From positions 640,001-704,000 of the forward strand of contig CAXXVD010000002.1 in assembly GCA_963662335.2 (NCBI GenBank): a DNA stretch of 64,000 nucleotides, given 5' to 3'. Position 1 is the stretch's first letter; each line of letters begins with the position of its first letter. Position numbers and translations under genes: made by a program. This document shows positions 1 to 7,920 of the stretch, one piece after another. This DNA is from Chloroflexota bacterium (GTDB taxonomy: Bacteria > Chloroflexota > UBA11872 > VXOZ01). Below the pieces are notes generated by a model. It worked only from the letters and a program-made list of their open reading frames with translations. It ran no database searches and had not been told where the DNA came from.

Positions 1-1809
1 GTCGAAGGGCGCCGTCAGGCGCGCGTCCTGCAATTGCTCCAGCAGCAGTTGGTGGTTGGCGCGGGCGCGCTTGAGGTCGTTCTCCAACTTGGTCACGTTA
101 CCGGCGTCGGCGGCATTGATCAAGGTCTGGTCCAGGTTCACCTGGGCTTTCTGCAAGGCGGCTTCCATGCTTGCCAGGTGCCATTCCGCGTTCTGCAGCT
201 TCTCCGGGTCGACGCCGGAGCGGACCACGTCCCAACGCTCTTGGGCCACGGCCAGGTCGGCTTCGGCCTGCCGCACGGCGGCCTGGGCGGCGTTGAGGTT
301 CAATTCCGCGGTGGTCAAGTTCTTGGCAAGGTCGGACTCTACGTCGGCGTACGCCTGCTGCGCCTGCTCCAATTCGAAGCGGGCTTTCTCTAGTTCCGCT
401 TGGGCTGCGGGCAAGGCCTGGCTTGCCTGTGCTCTGGATTGATCCAGGGCGGCCGTGGCGGATTGCAGATCCAGCCTGGCTTTCTCCCGGCTTGCCCACA
501 AGATCGCCATGCGCGTTCCCTGCAAGGGGGGCACGACAAGCTGTAGATTGCGCTCTTCGATGTACTCGGCCAATGCGGTCTTTCGTTCTTCATACTCGTC
601 TACGATCAATTCTTGCACGTCCTCGAGGGCACGCTGCGCGGCTGACACGTTGCTCCCCGCTTGCTTTGCTTCAGCGTAATTCGTCTGCGCCGTGGCAAGG
701 GCTTCAGCCAACTTTACGTCCAGCACGTTCTCAAGGGCGCGCTGGGCGGCCGGCACGTCCCCTTCCAAGCGCATGGCGTCGTGGAAAGCCAACCGCGCCT
801 CTTCCAGCGCAGCCAGCGCTTCCTCGAGCGCGGCCTGAGCGGCCGACGCCTTGCTTCCCAGTTGCCTTGCGGATTCGAACGCTTCTTCAAGCGCTTCTTC
901 GATATCTAGGGATACGGTTCTGAGCTCAGCCCGATACACTTTGATCTCAGCCTGGATCTCATCTATCAGCTTCGTCCGCTCTGCGTTGACTGCTTGAGTG
1001 GCCGATTCCAAGGCTTGCTCTCTCGCCCGGAGATTAGCCTGTTGCGACAGAACCTGGGTATCGGGGTTGCCGGAGCGCAGATGATCCAGCCGCGCCTGGG
1101 CGGCGTCGAAGGCTTCTTCCGCGGCGCGCAGGGCGAGGTCGCGCTGCACTTTCAGGTCTACCGCCGCTCCCGCGCGGAAGTTGGTGAGGTCCTCTTGCGC
1201 TTGCGCGTACTGGTCCTGCGCGCGCTGCAAGGCGTCCTGAACAGTGTCAAGGCGGGCGGCGGCATTGGCATGGGCGGTCTCCGCCTGGGCGCGTTCTTGG
1301 GCATTGGGCCCTCCCTGCGCTTCGGTGAGCGCTTCACGCGCCTCTTCAACGTCTTGTTCCGCCCGTTCCACGGCGATCCGCGCCAGCGTTACTTCCGCTT
1401 CGCCGGACGCGGCCTGGGAACGCGCCTTGTTCAAGTCGCGCTCTTTGTCCTGAAGGCTTAGCTCCGAATTCTGGATAGACGTTTCCAGGTTGCCGGTTTC
1501 CAGGTCTGCCAGCAACGTGCCCGCCACGACCGGCTGGTTGTATTCGACGTAGACGCCCTTCAGGCGGCCGTTCTGCTTGAAGAAGAGGCTCTCTTCCGTT
1601 TCCGCCGTTACACGCCCCAAGACGCGCACCGCGTCGATGATGGAGCCGCGCTCGACTTTGACGGTGGGACGCTCGACGCGCGACGTGACCGGCCGCGCAA
1701 CGGCATCCTCCGATTCGCCGTCATCGGAGAGAAACGGCAGCGAAGGCACACACGCCGTGAGCAGCAACACGCCGCTCACGAGAAGGAGAAAGAATGATCG
1801 GATGTTCAC
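1..1809 (-). CDS. Efflux periplasmic adaptor (HlyD/MFP family) lipoprotein with very long coiled coil; runs off the window edge
   Basis: Manual translation from GTG at 1809 gives MNIRSFFLLLVSGVLLLTAC (lipobox), a first lipoyl half LFFKQNGRLKGVYVEYNQPVVAGTLLADL, an Ala/Glu/Gln helical region and a second lipoyl half starting RLTAPFD at the edge. Absent from the ORF track because there is no stop codon in the window. Confidence 0.85.
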   Translation of the reverse strand, partial: MNIRSFFLLLVSGVLLLTACVPSLPFLSDDGESEDAVARPVTSRVERPTVKVERGSIIDAVRVLGRVTAETEESLFFKQNGRLKGVYVEYNQPVVAGTLLADLETGNLETSIQNSELSLQDKERDLNKARSQAASGEAEVTLARIAVERAEQDVEEAREALTEAQGGPNAQERAQAETAHANAAARLDTVQDALQRAQDQYAQAQEDLTNFRAGAAVDLKVQRDLALRAAEEAFDAAQARLDHLRSGNPDTQVLSQQANLRAREQALESATQAVNAERTKLIDEIQAEIKVYRAELRTVSLDIEEALEEAFESARQLGSKASAAQAALEEALAALEEARLAFHDAMRLEGDVPAAQRALENVLDVKLAEALATAQTNYAEAKQAGSNVSAAQRALEDVQELIVDEYEERKTALAEYIEERNLQLVVPPLQGTRMAILWASREKARLDLQSATAALDQSRAQASQALPAAQAELEKARFELEQAQQAYADVESDLAKNLTTAELNLNAAQAAVRQAEADLAVAQERWDVVRSGVDPEKLQNAEWHLASMEAALQKAQVNLDQTLINAADAGNVTKLENDLKRARANHQLLLEQLQDARLTAPFD

Positions 1810-1957
1810 GCGGCTCTTCCCTCACATGGCATTGAATCAAGCACGCTACTGATGAACTGCGTATCGGCTATGATACCGTAGGCTAGTGCAAGCGGCACAC
1901 GCCTACATAGTAGCAAGTCTCGCATATCCTGTGCATACTGTCTATTGCCAGACAAAC

Positions 1958-1987
1958 TGTCAAGAGAAATCTTAGAGGATTCTTAGA
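1958..1987 (-). promoter_or_regulatory. TTGACA -35 box with an adjacent TCTAAGA direct repeat (11-bp period)
   Basis: Minus strand reads tctaagaatcctctaagatttctcTTGACA upstream of the adaptor gene. Confidence 0.45.
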
Positions 1988-2111
1988 CAGTTGGAGAGAG
2001 TGCAGCCGCTCTCGCGGGCAGAGCGGGTTAGCAGCGTTACGATGGGGAGGTTGGCGGTGAGTGAGCGCGCGGATGTTCACGTGAGCGGAGGTCGCAGCAT
2101 AGGAGCGCCAC

Positions 2112-3122
2112 ATGCACTGCGGTAGAGTCGTCGTTTTTCCCCGCGCGCACGCGGCCGTGTTGGAAGAGTTTCCCCTGCCGGCGCCAGGGCCGGGGCAGGT
2201 GCTGGTGCAGGCGGAATTCAGTTGCATCAGCGCGGGCACGGAGCGCAAGCGCTATATGCACACCTTCGGCGAGTCCGGCGTGGCGCAGGGAAGAGGATTT
2301 CCCGCCCGGCCGGGCTACGCCAGCGTCGGCACGATCGTGGAGCGCGGCCCGGGTGTGGATGCGTTCGCGCCGGGCGAGCGCGTCCTCACGATGGCGAACC
2401 ACGCGAGCCACTACCTGCGCACGGTGGGCACAGACGCTATTGAGCGGATCCCGTCCGGCGTGAAGTCCGAACATGCGGCGCTGGCCGTGTTGGGACAGGT
2501 GGCGCTGGCCGGCGTGCGCCGCGCCCCGCCTGAAATCGGACACGCGGCCCTGGCGGCCGGACAAGGTGTGATCGGCCAACTCATCGTCCAGTTCTTGAAG
2601 GCGGCCGGCTGCGGCCCGGTGATAGCCACCGACGTGCTGGATTTCCGGCTGGAGATGGCCCAGCGCAGCGGCGCGGACCTAACCGTGCACGCCGGGCGCG
2701 AGGACGTGCGGGCGGCGGTAATGGCGGCGACCGGCGGCAGAGGCGTCGAGCGCATCTACGACGCCATACCCGTGCCCCACGCGCTGCCGACGCATCTCGG
2801 CGTTGCCGCCACGCGCGGCGTCATCGTCGTGCTCGGCACGCCACTCGGCAACGTGGAGCTAAACCTCTACCCGGACTTTGCGCGGCGGGAACTTACGTTG
2901 ATGGGCGTTTACCAGCCGCTCACGCCCACGGCGGAAACGCCGCAGACACCGTGGACGCAGCAGCGCCACCGGCAACTCTATCTGCACATGCTCGCCAGCG
3001 GCGACCTGGAGGTAGAGCACCTGGTCACCCACGTGGCGCCTCCCGCGCAGGCGGCCGCGGTCTACGCCATGCTTGCGCAAGGCGGAGAAAACTCGCTCGG
3101 AGTTCTCTTCGACTGGCGGTGA
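2112..3122 (+). CDS. Zinc-binding (MDR) alcohol dehydrogenase family protein
   Basis: ISAGTE and PGYASVG motifs, GQGVIG Rossmann loop, AGGAG RBS. Confidence 0.9.
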   Translation: MHCGRVVVFPRAHAAVLEEFPLPAPGPGQVLVQAEFSCISAGTERKRYMHTFGESGVAQGRGFPARPGYASVGTIVERGPGVDAFAPGERVLTMANHASHYLRTVGTDAIERIPSGVKSEHAALAVLGQVALAGVRRAPPEIGHAALAAGQGVIGQLIVQFLKAAGCGPVIATDVLDFRLEMAQRSGADLTVHAGREDVRAAVMAATGGRGVERIYDAIPVPHALPTHLGVAATRGVIVVLGTPLGNVELNLYPDFARRELTLMGVYQPLTPTAETPQTPWTQQRHRQLYLHMLASGDLEVEHLVTHVAPPAQAAAVYAMLAQGGENSLGVLFDWR

Positions 3123-3140
3123 GCGGAGGTGGCGGCGGGA

Positions 3141-3389
3141 CTAGGGGCCGTCGTACGGCTGGGGCTCGTACGGCTCTTCCGGCTTGTCCCAATCGATCCA
3201 CAGCTTCTTGCGGCGGAATTGGAAGACCCAGAAGTCCAGCGCCGCCAGGAAGATGGCGAGCGTTGCCAACATCACGGCGCCGAAGACGCCATAGTTGGTG
3301 GCAATCGCCAGCAGGCCGAGGGACTGCGCGGCGTCACGTCCCCACTCGATGAAGGGGCCCACCTGGAAGAAGAGGTCTAGTCGTGGCAT
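3141..3389 (-). CDS. Small membrane protein
   Basis: GAGGAG RBS before ATG at 3389; hydrophobic segment followed by RRKK. Confidence 0.65.
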   Translation of the reverse strand: MPRLDLFFQVGPFIEWGRDAAQSLGLLAIATNYGVFGAVMLATLAIFLAALDFWVFQFRRKKLWIDWDKPEEPYEPQPYDGP

Positions 3390-3521
3390 CGGACTCCTCA
3401 CGTTTTGTTCACTGCCGCCCATTATGGCACGGCGTCCGGCTGCTCGCAACTTGCGGGGACTTTGCCGCGGGCGCTCCCGGCGCGGCGCTGCTCCAACCTG
3501 TGGCAATGCGCCGCGCTGCCG

Positions 3522-3845
3522 TCACCGCAGGAAGAGCGCCTCATACCGCGCCAGCACACGCTGATAGAGCAGCCCGGTCTCTCGCGCCGCAGGCGTCGTG
3601 CGGTTTCGCGCCCAACGCGCAATCTCGCCGTGCAATTCGTCTCCCAGCGCGAAGCGCAGTTCGCCAAGCGCGTCTACAGCGCCGGGCAGCGCGACTTGCA
3701 GTTCCGCCAGGAAGAGGTCGAGTTGGGGATTGGCGCGGCCCATGGCGGCGGTGCGTTTGCCGAGCAGAAACCGCAGCAGCAATTCCTGTTCCGCCGCGGT
3801 CGCCCGTACCAACCGTTCATAGAGGACGCGCGGGTCCACACTCAT
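3522..3845 (-). CDS. Hypothetical helical protein
   Basis: Starts 7 nt after the dprA stop on the same strand; protein-like composition. Confidence 0.6.
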   Translation of the reverse strand: MSVDPRVLYERLVRATAAEQELLLRFLLGKRTAAMGRANPQLDLFLAELQVALPGAVDALGELRFALGDELHGEIARWARNRTTPAARETGLLYQRVLARYEALFLR

Positions 3846-3852
3846 GGCGGCC

Positions 3853-4953
3853 TCACTGCCGGCCGCGGGCGTACGTGAGCGCCCCGACCGCGTGGACGAT
3901 GCCCCGCACCTCCATGAGCGTGAGCAGGCTGCTTACCTCCTGCACGGGAATGCCGGTTTGGGCGCTGATCTCGTCCAGGTGCACCGGATCGCCTGCCAAA
4001 GCGGCAAATACCCGCTCTTCCTCCGCGCTCATGGGCACGGCGGTCGTGAGTTCGGCCTGACGCCCGGTCAGGTGGATGTTCAGATCGCTCAGAATGTCCG
4101 CAACGTCCATAACCAGCTTGGCCCCGTCCTGGATGAGGCGATGCGGGCCGGCGCTGGCTTGGGTCAGGACGCTGCCGGGCACGGCGAACACGTCGCGTCC
4201 CTGCACGCCCGCGAACTCCGCCGTTATCAACGCGCCGCTCCGTTCGCGCGCCTCGGTAATCACGACGCCCAGCGAGAGACCGCTAATCAAGCGGTTGCGC
4301 ACCGGAAACTGCTCGGCCGCGGGCTGCCGTCCCAACGGGTATTCGGAGATGAGCGCGCCCTGGGCGGCGACTTCTTCCGCCAGCCGCCGGTGCTCAGCCG
4401 GATAGACGACGTCCAGGCCGCAGCCGAAGACGGCCAACGTGCGCCCGCCCACTTCCAGCGCGGCCCGGTGCGCCGCCGCGTCGATGCCCCGCGCCAAACC
4501 GCTCACCACCGTCACGCCGCTGGCGGCCAGGTCCGCGGCCAGACGGCGGGTGACGCTGCGCCCGTAAGCGGTGGCGTTGCGCGTGCCCACCACCGCCACG
4601 GCCAACTGATCGCGCGCTTCCAAAGCGCCGCGCACGTAAAGCAGAATCGGCGGACTGGGAATCTGGCGCAGCAACGGCGGAAAGTCGTCGTCGGCCCACG
4701 TGAGCGCGGAGATGCCGGCGTGCGCCAGCCGGTTCAACTCCCGCGCCGGGTCGATTTCGTCCCGCGCTCGTTGCAACCCGGCGGCAACGGCCTTCTCCAG
4801 CCCGGCGTCGCGCCAAGCGGCCGGCGACGCGCTCCACGCCGCCGCCAACGTGCCAAAGTGCCGCAGCAGCCGGTGCATCCGCCCCGGCCCCATCTCCGGC
4901 GCCAGGCTCAGCGCCACGTAGTAGGCGCGGTCTTCATCCGGCGTGATTGGCAT
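3853..4953 (-). CDS. dprA: DNA-processing protein DprA
   Basis: AVVGTRNAT, VVSGLARGIDAAAH, FPVRNRLISGLS and SGALITA motifs; C-terminal winged helix. Confidence 0.97.
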   Translation of the reverse strand: MPITPDEDRAYYVALSLAPEMGPGRMHRLLRHFGTLAAAWSASPAAWRDAGLEKAVAAGLQRARDEIDPARELNRLAHAGISALTWADDDFPPLLRQIPSPPILLYVRGALEARDQLAVAVVGTRNATAYGRSVTRRLAADLAASGVTVVSGLARGIDAAAHRAALEVGGRTLAVFGCGLDVVYPAEHRRLAEEVAAQGALISEYPLGRQPAAEQFPVRNRLISGLSLGVVITEARERSGALITAEFAGVQGRDVFAVPGSVLTQASAGPHRLIQDGAKLVMDVADILSDLNIHLTGRQAELTTAVPMSAEEERVFAALAGDPVHLDEISAQTGIPVQEVSSLLTLMEVRGIVHAVGALTYARGRQ

Positions 4954-5127
4954 AGATTTATGCGTGGCAAGCGTGTAGGCAGGCGGCTGTCCGTCCGGCG
5001 CTCTACGGGTTTAGGCAGACGCCGGTCCCAGCGATCTCATTCACGCTCCTGCGGCGCGCGCACTCTCGATACAACCAGCGTTTGAGACAAACGGTCTGAG
5101 ATGGCGGGATACCATTCGCGCCGAGAG

Positions 5128-5151
5128 GCGGGGGACAAGCCCCCGCGCTAC
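5128..5151 (-). repeat. GTAG-type REP family A (GTAGCGCGGGGGCTTGTCCCCCGC)
   Basis: Near-identical copies at about 16618, 16696, 20439, 22112, 25216, 31121, 37871, 46542, 47633/47715/47797, 51831, 55760, 56826 and 56920. Confidence 0.9.
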
Positions 5152-5478
5152 GGCCGGCGGGCGATTACCGAGCGGGCGGAAGAGCGCGCTAACCGCGTTC
5201 AAACGCTTGAGAAGGACAGGATGTCTTCTCTCTACCGGCAGGTAGTGTATCATGTATGGCAAAGCCGGTCTGGGCCATGTGGGCATGCACATACGCGGCA
5301 GCGCCCACGGCAGTGGTCGGAGCTGTCGGCCGCGCAGCCGGCATCCTCGGCGCAGGCGGTGCTGCGCTGGCTAACGTCCTCACACGCGCCGTCGCGCGGC
5401 AGGTGGCGGTCTGGGAACTGTGCGTCATGACCTTGCTATTGCTTCAACCTGAAAGCAGGGGCTACGGAGCGCAAGCGC

Positions 5479-6372
5479 ATGAAAGTTATAGAGAAATCGG
5501 AGCCGGAGCCGCAGGCGCTCTCGCTTGCAGGTGAGAGAACGTGCGCGTGCCCGCCGAATCACCTCAATTGCCTGAGCGCGAAAGAATGGCTCAAAGCGCA
5601 ATTGGGCGTGTGGCAATTCTCCTACGAGCGCCGCGACGTGCGCGACAAGAGCCTCCATCCCGCTACCTACCCCATCGCGCTCGCCGCGCGCTGCATCGAA
5701 CTCTTCACGCACCAAGGCGAACTCGTGCTCGATCCGTTCGTGGGATCCGGCACTACGCTCGTTGCGGCGCGAGACGGCGGCAGGAATGCGGTTGGCTTCG
5801 ACCTTAGCGCGGACTACACCGACTTGTGTCAGAAGCGGCTGGCGCAAGCGTTACTGGATGCCGGCCACCGGCAGCTAGCGATCTGCGATGATGCCAGAAA
5901 CTCCCCGCACTACCTGGAACCGGAATCCGTCAGCCTCATTCTGACCTCACCCCCGTACGCGAACCTGCTCAACCGCAAGCGCAAAAACAAGAGCCGCCGC
6001 AGCACGGAACGCCGCAACGAGCAATACCTGAAGGTGGAGCAATACTCTCAAGACGGCCGCGACCTCGGCACGCTCGACCTTGCTCACTACGAACGGGCAA
6101 TCGAGGAGATATTTGGCGGTTTGCTGCCGCTATTGCGGCCAAAGGCGCACTGCGTGATCAACGTGCCCGACATGTGGTGGGAGAATACGCGGGTTACGCT
6201 CCACGTCAGCGTGGTCAACGCGCTGCGGCGAGCCGGCTACGAACTACGCAATACGGTAGTCTGGGACCGCACGAACATCGCAAACCGCGTCGGCATCTTT
6301 GGCTGGCCGAGCAATTACATTACCATGGGTACGACGTTCGAGTATCTCCTTGATTTCTGGCGGCCGGCATAA
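5479..6372 (+). CDS. N4-cytosine/N6-adenine DNA methyltransferase (motif I before SPPY)
   Basis: HPATYP, VLDPFVGSGTT (motif I), LILTSPPY (motif IV). Confidence 0.92.
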   Translation: MKVIEKSEPEPQALSLAGERTCACPPNHLNCLSAKEWLKAQLGVWQFSYERRDVRDKSLHPATYPIALAARCIELFTHQGELVLDPFVGSGTTLVAARDGGRNAVGFDLSADYTDLCQKRLAQALLDAGHRQLAICDDARNSPHYLEPESVSLILTSPPYANLLNRKRKNKSRRSTERRNEQYLKVEQYSQDGRDLGTLDLAHYERAIEEIFGGLLPLLRPKAHCVINVPDMWWENTRVTLHVSVVNALRRAGYELRNTVVWDRTNIANRVGIFGWPSNYITMGTTFEYLLDFWRPA

Positions 6373-7235
6373 TGGATCCAGATGTTTCAGAGTTCATAGA
6401 GCGTGTAAAGCGTGTGCGCCGGCGACGTATTCCTGCCTCCGCAGACATCGTTGCCGAGACATTCACGCGCTTAGGGTACACTCACGAGGATTCTACGTCT
6501 GAGCAGGTCCGCCAGCAGTTCAATCGCATGCTTGCCACCGTCTTTCGAGAAACCCTGGTAACGCTTGAGAACTACGAAAGGCCAGCATATTCCAGGCACG
6601 CGGTTCGTGAACTAACTGAAATACGAGGGCAGGACTTAGACACGGCCTATAGCAAGATGCAGTCACTTGGAGGAAACAGAGAAGGTTTCTCTCTAGCGGT
6701 TCAAGACCTCATGGAAACCTGGTATTATCATCTGCGTCAATTGTTTCTCAGCGTAAGTCAATCCCGTAAGATTCGTGGCGGCAGGGACTTCGAGTTACAG
6801 TTGGAGCACCTGTTCCGCTTGGCTGGCTTTCCGTACGAAGCCCAGCAGCGAGAATCTCGAATTGATATCTTATTGCCAGATTACGCACATTACCGTAACG
6901 ATCGAACCCAGTGCCTCATCGTCTCTGCCAAACGCACATTGCGTGAACGTTGGCAGCAGGTAGTTGATGAGCTTCACAAGATGAATTGTCCGAACGTGTA
7001 CTTGGCAACCACGGACGCGAGCATCTCTCTGCAGAAGGTTGGCGAGATCGCAGCACGAAATATCAAACTCGTTGTCTTCGATGAGGTCAAGCAACGGAAG
7101 TTTGCGCAAACCAACACAGTTATAGGTTTTTCACACTTGGCAGGCTCGGTCATTCCACAATGGGAGCGCTTTTGGCAGCCGGACGCTGTACGCTCAAATC
7201 TCGTATGCTGGATGAAGAGGGTTTTTTTCATCTAG
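6372..7235 (+). CDS. Type II restriction endonuclease, EcoRII C-terminal-like catalytic domain
   Basis: SRKIRGGRDFELQLEHLF...IDILLP...SAKRTLRERWQQV resembles the EcoRII/PspGI family motif; TAATG overlap with the MTase; lower GC. Confidence 0.85.
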   Translation: MDPDVSEFIERVKRVRRRRIPASADIVAETFTRLGYTHEDSTSEQVRQQFNRMLATVFRETLVTLENYERPAYSRHAVRELTEIRGQDLDTAYSKMQSLGGNREGFSLAVQDLMETWYYHLRQLFLSVSQSRKIRGGRDFELQLEHLFRLAGFPYEAQQRESRIDILLPDYAHYRNDRTQCLIVSAKRTLRERWQQVVDELHKMNCPNVYLATTDASISLQKVGEIAARNIKLVVFDEVKQRKFAQTNTVIGFSHLAGSVIPQWERFWQPDAVRSNLVCWMKRVFFI

Positions 7236-7257
7236 TTCTGCAGTCCACGACAAGAAC

Positions 7258-7878
7258 ATGAGCACTGATTACACGCACACATCATCGCCGGAGCGGCCCA
7301 CGCCGCAGGCGCAGATTCTCATCGTGGATGATGAGTCGATCATCCGCCTGGACCTGCGCGAGCGGTTGAGCGACCTGGGGTACACGGTGGCCGGGGAGGC
7401 CGCGGACGGCCACGCGGCGGTGACTCTGGCGCGGCGCTTGCGGCCGGATCTGGTGCTCATGGACATCAAGATGCCAAAGATGGACGGCATCAGCGCGGCG
7501 CGCATCCTGTTGCAAGAGCGGATCGCGCCGGTGGTGCTGCTCACGGCCTACAGCGATCGAGATCTGGTGGAAGACGCGCGCGAGGCCGGGGTGCTCGGCT
7601 ACATCTCCAAGCCTTTCCGCGAAGCCGACCTGGCGCCCACGCTGGAGGTCGCCATCGCTCGTTTCGCGGAGTTGCGGGCAATCGAGCAGGAGAACGTGGA
7701 CCTCAAGGAGACCCTGGAGACGCGGCGTCTGGTTGAGCGGGCAAAGGGGCTGCTGATGGATCGGCAGGGCATGTCGGAGAGCGCGGCCTTCCGGCGCATC
7801 CAGAAACTGGCCATGGACCGCCGCAAGCCGATGAAGGAGATCGCCGAGGCCATCATCCTGGCGCACGAGATCACCTAA
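7258..7878 (+). CDS. ANTAR-domain response regulator (PdtaR/AmiR-like)
   Basis: REC domain (ILIVDDE, DLVLMDIKMP) plus ANTAR (ERAKGLLM...AFRRIQKLAMDRRKPMKEIA). Confidence 0.95.
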   Translation: MSTDYTHTSSPERPTPQAQILIVDDESIIRLDLRERLSDLGYTVAGEAADGHAAVTLARRLRPDLVLMDIKMPKMDGISAARILLQERIAPVVLLTAYSDRDLVEDAREAGVLGYISKPFREADLAPTLEVAIARFAELRAIEQENVDLKETLETRRLVERAKGLLMDRQGMSESAAFRRIQKLAMDRRKPMKEIAEAIILAHEIT

Positions 7879-7920
7879 GCGCGCCAGAGCGAACAGAGCA
7901 GTCCGGCAGCCGTTCGGACA

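Noticed and set aside
7258-7878. Orphan ANTAR regulator as a novel system
   Set aside because: PdtaR-like regulators are commonly unlinked to their kinase, and no dual-hairpin target was seen nearby.
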